Positions 53,001-64,000 of a DNA stretch of 64,000 bases are shown here, piece after piece. The translations under genes were made by a program, and so were the position numbers. Below the pieces are notes generated by a model that was not told the DNA's origin, did no database searches, and saw only the letters and a program-made list of their open reading frames with translations. The DNA comes from Styela clava. Lineage: Eukaryota. Within the stretch, counting starts at the first letter, position 1. Each line of letters opens with the position of its first letter. The DNA lies in the NCBI RefSeq assembly GCF_964204865.1, contig NC_135262.1, forward strand, positions 5,146,001 to 5,210,000. Reading direction: 5' to 3'.

Positions 53001-56000
53001 TTAGTGACGGACCATGCGGAAGATCCTTGAGCGTTCAGGTCAATGGAGTTGAAACTCGACTCGGACAGAAAGGAGTCGTCAAAGTTAATGATAAAATTCA
53101 AATTATACCGTTTTCAACTAAGCATTTCGTAGTGGACAGAATATCATCAAGCTATTTGAAGGTAAGTTTACATTTGTTCTACTTCCAAAATTCTGTAAAA
53201 TATTTTATGCAAAACTTACTCTATTTGCCAGTTTGAGCATTGTAGTCTGCGCGGCAGCTTATACGTTCTTTACGTTTCATCGGGAAATCTGCCACTCGGG
53301 CCACTGTGCTTAAACTCTCAAAACAAGCAACCGAAGCTTTAAATACATAAACATTGATGAGCAAATCTAGAACTCACGTTTGCGCCCTGTGCATTTATTA
53401 ACCGTCGCTGCCTCTCATATTTCGACTGACGGAATCTCTGTCCTTCTAATAGCAGATAATTTTTTCAATATTGAAGCGTAGATTTGTTCAATGGCGTCAA
53501 TAATTTTTAAAATCAAATAAGGTCACGATTATTCCGCTGTATAGTTATTGTATAATATATAAGGCTTGCAATTTCAAATCGAATAGTAAATTATTTGAAT
53601 CGGTGGTGAATTCCTTTTTTAAAATGTTTAAAATGCAATTGTGATTGTTGATGAGACATGTTTTATTATTTTGTGAAAAGATTCAGCAAACTGTCTGCGT
53701 GACGGATTACGTGTTTTCAGTAATTTATGTATCTGGTGAACCAATTTCAGTTAAATTATCACATACAATTACATATTTTCCTAGTACCCGAGATTCGATT
53801 CAAAAAATTATTAGATTCTAAAATCTTCAAATAATAAAAATTGCTCACCCCTAATAATATTTACAACTATGAATCCTCTACCTTGTCTAGCTAACCATCA
53901 CCAACGGTTTGAGTCTTCTCTGGGATGGCGAATATCGAGTTATTTTGAGAGCATCAGCTAAACTTGGTGGAAAGATGAGAGGTTTGTGTGGAAACTTCAA
54001 TCGTCAACAAAACGATGACTTCTTGACACCAACTGCTGATTTGGCGGCCACTGCACACGACTTTGGAGACCAATGGGCGGTTCAACCATGCACATCACCT
54101 GATACAGCACCCTATACAAAAGCCTGTAACTTGTATGACTTCAGACGAGATCTGGCAACCGAAACTTGCTCAATTTTCCTGAAAGCTCCATTTACAAGTT
54201 AGCATGCGTACTTTACCTTATTAGCCAAAAAAAATCAACTCGATCGACCATCACGAATATGGCCACCATGTTATTCCTCTTCTTATGAAAATTAAGGTTC
54301 AATAACAATCAGTAGCTTGTTAGAAAGATAAAAAACTAGTAGAATACCGTTTTTTTGTTTGTTTTTCATTTATTCACGATACCTCCTTTTTTTGATTTTC
54401 ATTCCATTGAATATCGAACTATTTTTTTTGTTGAATAATAAAACTTCTATCACCCTACTGTGCCCATATTTATCTCTGATAATTTCCAATCAAATCCCAA
54501 CCTCCAGGCGACTCTTTAAACTTTAGTTTTGTTAACTGGCTATTACGGTGAAGTTAAAACTTTGTCGAATTTATTTTATTTACTTCTATTCAGAATGTTA
54601 CGATCTTGTAAACTACCGTACAATGTACGATATTTGTCGAGATGATTTTTGTCTTCATAACGATGTCAGATACATGTGTAACTCAATGGAAACATACGTG
54701 ATGGAATGTGCCAAACAGGGCGTCATTCTTAACGATTGGAGAAGTTCTTTTGCCGAATGCAGTAAGTAAACATATCTAATAAAACAGATTCAATCGAATC
54801 ATATTCGACCAGAAATTCATTGATAGGCTGAAGGACATCGACTGAGATGGTGGAACGCCGTGTGAACTGAGCGATAGAAAGCGAGGCCCGGCGGTTAGGT
54901 ATATCCTTAGACCAGAGGTGGGCAAACTACGGCCCGCGGGCCAGATTCGGCTCACCAAAGTGTTTTATCCGGCCCTCTTGTGTCTGCCGAAATTACGACT
55001 ATAGTTTTTATGGATATAAATTTTTGTTCAAAATACCGTAATAATGACTCCGAAGGTTACATCGGGCCTCTTATTATTATACAAACGTTAGCTCATATAG
55101 CAGTGGTTCTTAAACTTTTTCGAGCGCGACCCAAATCTGAGTTTTATGAATACTCGCGACCCAATCCTAAATAATGCAAAATGTGTTTTTAATGTTAGTA
55201 CAGTTTGACTCAAATACAGACAACTATTTATTAGAAACAGTCCATTGACTCAGTGAGATTGATGAAACTGAAATTTCCTTTTCATTATATCTTCAATACA
55301 CAGCTCTATTTTACTTAACGCAATACACAAGTTGTCACGGGTATCGAGGCGATTGCGAGCTTAGTTTTGATAACCGTCAGTGCCAAATATCCTCGCTCGC
55401 ACAAGTGCCTTGTCGCGAATTGTAGCAGAAAAGGCGTCCCCTGTCCGTCGCAAACACAACATCCTAGCTGGCCTCCGGTATCTCTCGCAATATACAACTT
55501 TTTACTCATCAAATGTGCACACACTGCTTCGTTCGCGGTAAATGGTGCCTCGAGATGAAGTCACATTTTCTCTAGAAATTGAATAATCTAATGTCGAGAA
55601 GCGAGCTTTTTCATTGCGTCGTCTATTACAATTTACATTACCAAAAAGACACCCATTGTTAGTTATTTTTATCCACTAAGACGACATTCCACGCGGTCAA
55701 CACAACGACAAGCGACGTGCATGGTTACCGATACCATAAAAATAATACACGTGACTGGCATATCAGAATTGTGATGTAACAATGAGCACAAGACAGTTCT
55801 TTCCGTGAATGAAATTTTATATTTCATTATTTTTAAATACCAGAGTTTAGAAGCTAAATTGAAACATTGGGAAAGCTGAAAATTCTTCCTTCTCCTCTTA
55901 GATTGCCCTTGCATTGACGACCTTGTCGCGACCCATTTTTAAACCTTCTTTAACATACTTTAAGAACCACTGTCATATAGCTTGTGATAATCTGTTGTAA

Positions 56001-59000
56001 ATAAACTGTTTTTTATTCATAGTTTTTCATATTGAGTTTTGAGTCTTCAGCCCAGTAACCAAGTATATTATGTGTGACTGGCCCACTCAGAAAAATAATT
56101 TTCCACCCCTGTTATAGCCCGAGACTTAACTTTGTTGGCTGACTACGCGTCTCGTGTTCAAACTCCCTGCCTTCCAGCTCACGCAGGGTGTAATAAATTG
56201 AGTTGACAATGACGAACCGGCAGGATTCCGTTTCTTCAAAAAAAAAATCGTGTCTATTTACAATTGTTAGATATAAGTGGTTTCTTTCACATTTGTTTGA
56301 AGCGAAAGAAGTGATAATGATCGTATAAAAACGGTTTAAAATACAAAACTATAACTGAGGAAAACGTTTTCATGTGGAGAAGTCTAGTACAGTGGTTCTC
56401 GACCCCCTTTCTTTCGCGGCCCAATTTCGTTGCACAAAAGTTCTGTGGCCCAGCAAATTTCTCATGCACGGGGAAATCTAAAAACAAAACAAAAAATTCT
56501 CTCCGCAAAGATAACCACTTTAATAAATTAAACGAAAATTGCCACTCGGTAGCAAAAACAGCATAATCATTCATTACCACTACAACCAAATTTAACTCAT
56601 TTATCAAAACTCTAGACATTTTAATAGGTTTATGGCACGTCTAAAAATGTTGTTGTGGCCCAGAAATGGGCCATAGCCCACTGGTTGAGAACCGGTGGTC
56701 TAGCAATTCCGTTCTTTTGTCATCTAAACTAAAATAATGTCCATTACTCAGCGATTATAATAATTGGCTTGTCGTTGCAAACCTTCCATGAAAATTTTAA
56801 ACATTTTATTTTCAGGAATCACATGCGACGAAGGAAAAATTTATAAGGAATGTGCAAACAGCTGTGGAACATCTTGTGGATCGAAGGGCGTGGAAATTGA
56901 ATGCGTCGAAGAATGCGTTCCTGGATGTGTCTGCCCCGATAACATGGTCTCTGACTACGATGGCGAATGTGTTCCAGTCGATGTCTGCCCTTGTATATAC
57001 AATGACGAACAACATGAAGCCGGCTCGACACGTTTAGATGACTGCAACATTTGGTAATACTTCTTTTCTTTTTTATTTGATTTTTTGTTTAAGAATAACA
57101 GGGGGAGTGTGGGTCGTCGTCATTTAGAAATAATTTCACCGTTATTTTTACTTTCAAACTATACAAATTGAATAGGATAGTGAGATAATTTGCGAGATGT
57201 GGCACTTACGAGTGAATTGCTACGAATAATGAACAATATTAATATCTGATGTTTTAGTTTGACTAACAGTATAGTTCAAAATACACACTTTTTCAGTAGA
57301 AAAAATAATTTATATGGTAACATAGTACATGCTTACATGAACAACGTTTTGATAAATTTTCTGAATAATTACTCGGCAAAGCGCATTCGTATGCGTTTAT
57401 AGCTTGTTATGTTATCAAAAATTTGTTTTATTATTTGCTCAAAATTATAATAAAAGTTCAAAGCGATTGAGACTTCAGTTATTACGTGGACACGTCTGCT
57501 ACCAAGCAATGTCCTTTTATCATAATCCAAAAAGCAAACACAATACCTGTCAAATGAATAGCGCTCCACCAAAACCGGCTTAATGAGAATCTTTACTTTT
57601 TTATAGCGAATGTCATCAAGGAAAATGGGAATGTACCGACAATGAATGCGGCCCAGCGATGGAGTGCGGCGAAAAAGAAGAGTCAGTCACTTGCATGCCT
57701 CCATACGTTACCTCTTGTAAAAACATGCATCTTCCAGTGAGCGCAATAATATACAAGGTTAGTCTAATGTTATCTATGTATCTAAACAACTTTTTCAAGC
57801 ATCTTAACAAGAATATAGCATTTAAGAGTGCCGCGGCTCGAAAATCAGCATCTGTTCTTCGCGTCACCAAACCCTTGAATGCCATTTTTGCGTTTTTCCC
57901 CATTTAATGTTCGTAGAAGTGTATTTTCAGTATGGTGAAAAAATAAACTACGGACTGAGTTCTTCAACACTCATCCAATGATGTTCATTTTTCGCCGTTC
58001 CCCCAGACCGCTGAATCGTAAATTTATGCACATTTACCGGTATATCGATAATATAATGGAATGAAATGTTTTGACAAATTGTTCCAATAACACTAGTGAG
58101 CTAGGATCTAATGTTCACGTCAATTTCTAAACGAGTTATGACAATAACTAAAAATGCTTCCACAAATTTACAAAACTGGATATACATAGAATAATTTAGA
58201 CTCGTAAGTCAATTTTTGGTACTCCCGAAATATGTCAACCAAGATGGCGGACACCGGAACGTAGTATGTGTACCAGGGTGAAGTTAGGCCATAATTTTAT
58301 TTCAATTTTTCTTATTTTGGTTCTATTAGAAGTTCGAGAACTAGCCAATTGACTTCCGTAGTATTTGTACCTGAAATTATTGCCTAAATCTAACCTGGTA
58401 CACGTACTACGTTCCGAGGACGCCATCTTAGTTCACATACTTCGGGAGTACCAAATTTACTATTTGAAAATTTTCAGTAAAATTTTCTATTCAATTGTAG
58501 CCGAGAACCATGTACTGATGAGACGCGCTACCGATGTTTTGTTTATGTATGCTGATATGGTTGATATTTAAATAAAAATGAAAATAAAGATTTTAGCGTT
58601 CAATACCTTTATTTTCAGACCAACAAATGTGTATCGGGATGCGTTTGCATTGAAGGAACTGTTTGGGACGAGGAGAAATGCGCGTGTGTAGAACCCGCTT
58701 TCTGTCCTTGCCATCATGGTGGACGAAGCTACAGTGAAGGAGAAATAAGAAAAGAGGATTGTAACGAATGGTAAACTATGTCTAAAAACTCAATTTTTGT
58801 CTCAATTTTTATCTTTCAACCCAAATTATTCATTATTAGTAAGTACTTTTTGGTTTCGTTCCGTTAATTTTTCGACACTCCAGAAGTGTGTGTACCGATA
58901 TGAAGGTAATTAATTTTATTTGTCTACTTTACAACCTATTGACAGGGGGTATATTCACTTGGCTAACACAGACAGTCTCCGAATTTGTAATAGAAGGAAA

Positions 59001-62000
59001 TTACGGAAAATCGAAATAAAATTATGGCCTAACCCTAACCTGGTACACACACTACGGGAGTACCAATTTTTCATTGACGTTCGACCATTATAACATAAAA
59101 CTCATATAAAACTGAAATGAAACAAATGCTAGATGTTTACTCGGTGACGTGATTGTATTTGAAATGTATGATCATCTTATTGCTCGCTTACATTAACATA
59201 TAATATATTTTTCCTCGGATTTTGCTTCTAATATATGCCGAGAGAGGAAGGAAAACTAAAAAGCCTTTAAAATCGATCATAGCCACATAGCTGCGTTAAA
59301 AATATTATAAATTTTTTGTTTATGGTTTATAAAAATTCACAAATCATAATTTTCTCTGCTCTTTATTGGTATTTAATATAGGAAATGAAAGAAGAACGTA
59401 CTTATTTTTATCTTGCCATTAATTTCCATTAATCAAAGTTTGATACTAAATTATTCTTGTTATTCAGCGTTTGCGAAGGAGGTATGTGGTCATGTTCACA
59501 AGATCCCTGTCCAGGTCACTGCTCCGTTTATGGAGATTCTCACTTGTCAACTTTCGATGGACGAAAATATGATTTCCAGGTAATCTTTAAATAATGAAAT
59601 CAATTAGCCACAGCAAAAGACCTAAAAACAGTAATCGAGTGAGAAAAGTATTGCTTTTAAATCCCGAATGCGGGTTATTATTTGTGTTCTTTTTTTTTTC
59701 TTCAAATTTCGAGTAGAAAAGTAGTATGGCATTGATTACCGTGTTGTCATCTTAACAAGGTGTTTTTAGTAAGTTTCGTTTCATTTTCAAACAGGGAATT
59801 AGCAAATACGTGTATGCACAAAGCACGGATAAAAGTCAAAAGAAATTCCGCGTTGAAATGGAAAACGTAAAATGCGGAACCACAGGAGTTGCTTGCTCGA
59901 AATCAATAAAATTTGTCATAGACGACACCAAAACTCTCAACCTAGTCCGTGGAATGGATGTCGTAGAGGTAATCCTTGCCATTCAATCAACAGTTTTTTT
60001 TAAATATTGAAATAGTACATAACAGGAACTACTTACATAAATATTATATATATAATATATTATATTCATAATAAATATAGGTTTAAAGCAACATTTGAAC
60101 AAACCGTAATTTGTGATTCAAGAGTCCTACTGCACACCAACGCAAATGTATTTCTGTCTAGAAATGGAAATGTAATTTCTGTCTACAGAAAACCATAATT
60201 TGTTTGAATATATTATTTCACATCAATCATTATTTTCAAAAACTCAACACCAGTCAATGAGTATATTTATATTAAAACGTTGTTTTTGCATGAATTTTCC
60301 TCCAAACAAGGCTCTTTACAAGAATCCACTGACATACAACGGGCCGCTGCAATTTTTAAAAAGACCGAAATATTTTGAGATCGGCATTGCGTACCCAATT
60401 TGTTCCATCCCGAATGAGGTGGTCGGCTTAACTCTTGAACCCGATATATTTACTCTGCGATGCCTGAATAGTTAAAACCAACCCTTTAACCACTTGGCCA
60501 TCGCCGGAGGTTAATTTTAAAAAATAACTTATGGCGGAGCAGTTTTAAAAAGTTTACGAAATTGTCACTGTTTTATAAATAGCAGTGTTGACGTCCCATC
60601 ATTGAGTTTTCTGATTTTACCTCTGGTTCAGTTGTTATTTAGTGCAATTTTTCTGATGCTTTTTAATGACACTTTGTTTGATCAATTTTACTATTTTAGA
60701 GTGCCGGATTTGAAATTACATATGTTGGTTTGTGGGTTTTTATCCGAACTGATATTGGAGTAACACTACAATGGGACAAGGGCACATCAGTTATGATCAG
60801 AGTTGAACCAGAACATTCTAAATATGTCGAAGGTCTCTGCGGTAATTTCAACGGAGACATGCTAGATGATAATATATTAAGAAATGGAATGAATACCGAA
60901 GATGCCAAAAGCTTCTTTGTATCATGGCAGTTGGTGAGTCTTGCATTTTGACCATAAGGCGCACTTTAAATCCCTTTTCTGTCAAAAATCTGTCGTTTGC
61001 CTGATCTATGAATTAAGTAGTGCCTCATTGCCTATACACTCAAATTCAGAACCAATACCGGTTGCGTTTATCCATGGACAAAATCCCAATTTTTGTAAAC
61101 TTGGTGTTGTTTTATGACTACGTTTAATTTCATCCCATCTGACAGGATGCTGCTATTGAACCTGGTGCGGCTGAAGATACGTATGATTTGGAGCGTATGA
61201 TGTCCGAAGTAAACGTTCACAAAGTCAGTTGGGCGAAGAAAAAGTGTAGCGTGATCACATCATCGACGTTTTCTTCTTGCCATGGAGTTGTTGAATCCCA
61301 GCCTTACTACGACGCTTGTGTCTTCGATGCTTGTGCTTGCGATATGGGAGGAGATTGCGAATGTCTCTGCACAGCTGTCACAGCCTACGCTCAAGAATGT
61401 AACAGAAAAGGAGTACATGTTTTTTGGAGAAAACAATACCTCTGTCGTACGTTTTTCTTTTTATGATGTTTCAGTTATTTTAATTTTTTATAAGTTGGTA
61501 TCTGACGTAGCCCACTCCAGCCTACAATCTACGTAAAATATATATGATTTGTCTTTGCTCTGAAAATCCATTATTTCTTTCATTTTTCATTCAAAAAGGA
61601 ATCGTTCACATTTTCCAGTAGCAAATTAAATAGCCTCAACTGAAAAAGGGCATCATATTACATGAGATCGGATTGCGGCATTTCTTACATTAAATTTTCA
61701 GTTATATTTTCATACGATTATTAAAAATCTACCTAGATACCGTGTAAACACGTTTTCTTTGTAACTCAATAAAATTTGAAGTCATTACAATAGCAGCTAA
61801 AAAATTTGCCTTATTCAAATATAGCTATACAGTGCAATGGTTGCCGAGAATATTCGCCATGTCTGCCAGCTTGTCAAAAAACTTGCAACAATTTTCAACA
61901 CTACGAACAAGTCAAAGCAGATTGTGATGAAGTTTGCGTGGAAGGTTGCTCTTGTCCGGACACCATGGTGTGTATCATTGCGTAGTACCAGATACCAATA

Positions 62001-63302
62001 AAAATATGCCTTATCGATATGCAATTCAGACAATTGCAACCCATCGATTAGGCATTGTAAAAATACTGGAACGCTTTAAAGCAGTGGTTCTCAAACTTTT
62101 TAACCCCCATACCCGCGCGCGTCCCACCTTTTAAGAACCACTGCTTTAAAGTCTCACATCTTATATTACAACTAATTTTCAGAAAAGTGTTGGCGAAAGT
62201 TATGACTTTACATAATTACCCAACGTCCTATGATACATTGAAGACTAAATCAAACTGAAGTAATCAAAAATGAACAAGTTTTTTCACTTTAATTTCTTCA
62301 GTCTAACAAGACATAATAACAAAAGCGGAAGAATCGTTGTCTTAATAAGCAGGTTTCTACTATAACGCCAAAGCACGAAACCTGGGTAATACGGACACAG
62401 GGAGCATCAAAATTACAGATAAAATTGAAATGAGTAGATACAATTTCCAACTGAGATCTAGCAGACAATCTTTTATAGCATTCTTCGAAATAATATTTCT
62501 ATTTGATGGTTGTTGCAATATGGTTAACATGTATTGTTATATTTAATGTAACAGATTCAGACAGACGATGGACAATCTTGTATTGGAGTTGACCAATGTG
62601 TATGTAAAGTCATTGACGGGACTGCGTACAAAGACGGCGAAAAGATTGCTAGCATGTCTGACCAATGTCGAAGTTGGTATGTAATTAAATCTATCAAAAA
62701 TATTTTTTGTTAAAATCGGCTATCTTTTATCAATTCTATTTACAAAAACGAATATCTTAATGAAGTAGTTGCCGAATCAAGATTTGTGCATTTTCGTTTG
62801 CTATTGAATACCGATTACTACAAAAGTTTTTTTTATCGAATTTTGCTCAAAAAGTGCTGACTACGTCTATTCGTCTGACTATGCTTATAAATTCCACCAT
62901 TTTCCACGTATGCAATGACTATTTACTGTCGCTGGAGGCATTGATAACGACTCATTTAATGGGTGCCAACAAGTGTTAAATCTAATTTTCTACCAAGTTT
63001 CAAAGTTGAATAAGGAAATTTCGCTTAGAAAACATAACGGTTGGTTCTAAACAATGCGTGTACTTACTGTTCACATGCATAGCGACAAATTGGAGCATTA
63101 AATTGGCCCAAATGAATATTTTCCAACTTTCTAACAACAAAATTTTATCAATCAATGTCTGTTTCTCTCTTTCTTTGAGAATCAATAAAATTAAACTCGT
63201 TCATTCTGGTTTTTAGTTATTGCTTGGACAACGATGTACATTGTCTTGGTTTGCCCTGTGAAGAAAATGAACTTCCATACCCTGAATTGTCATCTTCATT
63301 TT
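44094..63302 (+). CDS. Secreted VWF/gel-forming-mucin/hemolectin-like protein (signal peptide, 3 sushi/CCP-like modules, VWD-C8-TIL-E x2, TIL'-E', VWD-C8-TIL-E), 3'-partial
   Basis: 26 phase-consistent exons: 44094-44155, 44870-44886, 45246-45309, 45801-45934, 46738-46945, 47553-47737, 47960-48203, 48741-48954, 49408-49543, 50286-50407, 50907-51057, 51394-51625, 52456-52647 (GC donor), 53005-53161, 53891-54197, 54594-54761, 56816-57053, 57607-57757 (or 57736), 58619-58770, 59468-59579, 59795-59968, 60700-60933, 61146-61446, 61825-61967, 62555-62676, 63217-63302; ~1,430 codons and no stop reached. Signal peptide MAPISAAILAVFIFLSASPTSVEA. VWD motifs CTTWGQQHYRTFDG, HFKTFDG, GDSHLSTFDG and GLCGNFN. 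C8 motif CACDMGGDCECLC. TIL motifs CGSSCPKTC...CIDGCHC. Confidence 0.92.
44238..44280 (+). ncRNA. Minimal type I hammerhead ribozyme motif (Penelope-type), complete core
   Basis: CTGAGGA (44242-48), A, stem II GTCTGATT/GGTCAGAC, GAAAC, GTT (44273-75). AACGTT is palindromic in place of a closed stem III. Stem I is only 2-3 bp. Confidence 0.7.
46388..46580. mobile_element. Penelope-like repeat fragments in inverted (minus then plus) arrangement, ribozyme core absent
   Basis: 46388-46440 is the reverse complement of the family tail (tacagaaatacatttgtgttagtgtgc...gactcttgaat). 46441-46580 is the forward tail (gcaggactcttga...acggatcca...aaggcatagagcaaggaa...taaccccaactgatag). Confidence 0.6.
49605..50017. 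mobile_element. hAT-like MITE (GAGTC/GACTC-rich) hosting a Merlin-like MITE at 49641-49829
   Basis: Ends CAGTGTA...TACACTG; TSD GCAATCTT/GGAATTTT (6/8). An oppositely oriented degenerate relative lies at ~23587-23794. Confidence 0.65.
49641..49829. mobile_element. Merlin-like MITE (reverse orientation)
   Basis: Reverse complement of the 15662 family; perfect TSD CAGTCGCG. Confidence 0.8.
50604..50770 (+). mobile_element. 5'-truncated copy of the hammerhead-repeat family tail
   Basis: tacatttgtgttagagtgaagcaagactct...acggatcca...aaggcatatagcaaggaaagatagtt...taaccccagctgatag matches 35885-36030 and 46441-46580. A shorter minus-strand piece lies at ~60115-60157. Confidence 0.65.
54913..56111. 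mobile_element. hAT MITE (outer element of nest)
   Basis: Left end CAGAGGTGGGCAAACTACGGCCCGCGGGCC, right end AATTTTCCACCCCTG; TSD decayed (CCTTAGAC/TTATAGCC). Confidence 0.75.
55101..55972. mobile_element. hAT MITE (inner element of nest)
   Basis: Perfect 14-bp TIR CAGTGGTTCTTAAA/TTTAAGAACCACTG; perfect TSD TCATATAG. Confidence 0.92.
56390..56697. mobile_element. hAT MITE
   Basis: TIR CAGTGGTTCTC/GAGAACCGGTG; TSD GTCTAGTA/GTCTAGCA (NTCTAG-type target). Confidence 0.85.
58218..58452. mobile_element. Merlin-like MITE, related subfamily with longer TIRs
   Basis: GGTACTCCCGAA...TTCGGGAGTACC with inverted similarity extending ~70 nt (AAGATGGCG/CGCCATCTT; TGTACCAGG/CCTGGTACA). Confidence 0.75.
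58874..59064. mobile_element. Merlin-like MITE (reverse orientation)
   Basis: GACACTCCAGAAGTGTGTGTACC...GGTACACACACTACGGGAGTACC; perfect TSD AATTTTTC. Confidence 0.82.
62082..62143. mobile_element. 62-bp minimal hAT MITE
   Basis: TIR CAGTGGTTCTCAA/TTAAGAACCACTG; perfect TSD CTTTAAAG. Confidence 0.9.
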
Positions 63303-63417
63303 GTGAGTTTATTATTCGTATTTTGACTGAATAAACCGCCATTCAAAGTAATTTATATTTTAAAGAAAGGCAAAGGTACCGGCTCTTTCTTGTTAGTAAT
63401 TTTTGTTTCATCTAGTC

Positions 63418-63901
63418 TATTGTTCTTCAACCTTTTTCGTGGAGCCGTACCCCAATGCAACAATCCAGGGGTTCGTGGAATCCCTGTGCAATACTGTATA
63501 CAGAGTTCTATAAACATATATATTAGGATAGGATTTACATATTTATCCAGGGGGAGAAGAAAGCCGATAAGACGATATGGCGAACCACGGCCTCTTGTCC
63601 GGTTACTAGTTCATGTCGGGTATGAGATTAGTCAGTTCTTTTGTTTTCGGAAGCATGGACGTGATGACGGGGAAGCCGTGACCGACCAGTGGTTACGTGA
63701 ACCACCCTACGGCGGCAAGAAGCAATTATCTCGCACATAACTAACGACGCATAGTATTCGTTCCTGCGAACCCACGCAGGGTAATTGTATTAGCAAAACA
63801 AAATAATTTTTAAAGTTTCTCAAGTGTCGGATTTGATTGTAAACTTGTGGAACCCCTGGACTGTGCTAGCAAAACCTTGAAGGGTACGGTTAAAAACATT
63901 G
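63418..63901. mobile_element. hAT MITE interrupted by a SINE (63526-63790)
   Basis: Ends TATTGTTCTTCAACC/GGTTAAAAACATTG; perfect TSD ATCTAGTC. Confidence 0.8.
63526..63790 (-). mobile_element. tRNA-type SINE copy nested in a hAT MITE
   Basis: TAGGATAGGATTTACATATTTATCC tail (reverse) followed by the family body. Confidence 0.75.
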
Positions 63902-64000
63902 ATCTAGTCTTTCAAGAGACTGTAGCGCCTGTAGTTTTCCTTTGCCTTGGTCGAAATAGTAAGGGTGATACAACTGACGTCGATGCTATATTTTTGATAT

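Noticed and set aside
1-64000. Most 60-115-aa ORFs in the six-frame track as independent genes
   Set aside because: They are exon read-throughs, antisense or alternative frames of the two genes, or repeat-derived. No recognisable separate or nested gene was found, including in the 34.5-44 kb intergenic region.

Overview
AT-rich, intron-dense metazoan genomic DNA. The repeat landscape suggests an invertebrate chordate such as an ascidian, but that is inference. Two + strand genes are present. (1) The 3' roughly two-thirds of TRRAP (PIKK-family pseudokinase; 49 GT-AG-bounded exons, 487-34246, ending DPAWHPWL*). (2) From 44094 to beyond the window end, a secreted VWF/mucin/hemolectin-type gene: signal peptide, three sushi-like modules, then D1-D2-D'-D3 assemblies, with 26 exons traced including a GC-AG intron and a 17-nt micro-exon. 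Introns and the ~10-kb intergenic region hold a tRNA-type SINE (~15 copies), many hAT MITEs with 8-bp TSDs (some nested, two only 42 and 62 bp) and Merlin-like MITEs. The most notable non-coding signal is a dispersed repeat carrying a minimal type I hammerhead-ribozyme motif (CUGAnGA-A, stem II, GAAAC-GUU) with Penelope-like inverted arrangements. Two copies with complete cores lie on the sense strand inside introns of the two genes. Exon coordinates were traced by eye and protein comparisons are from memory; no searches were run.
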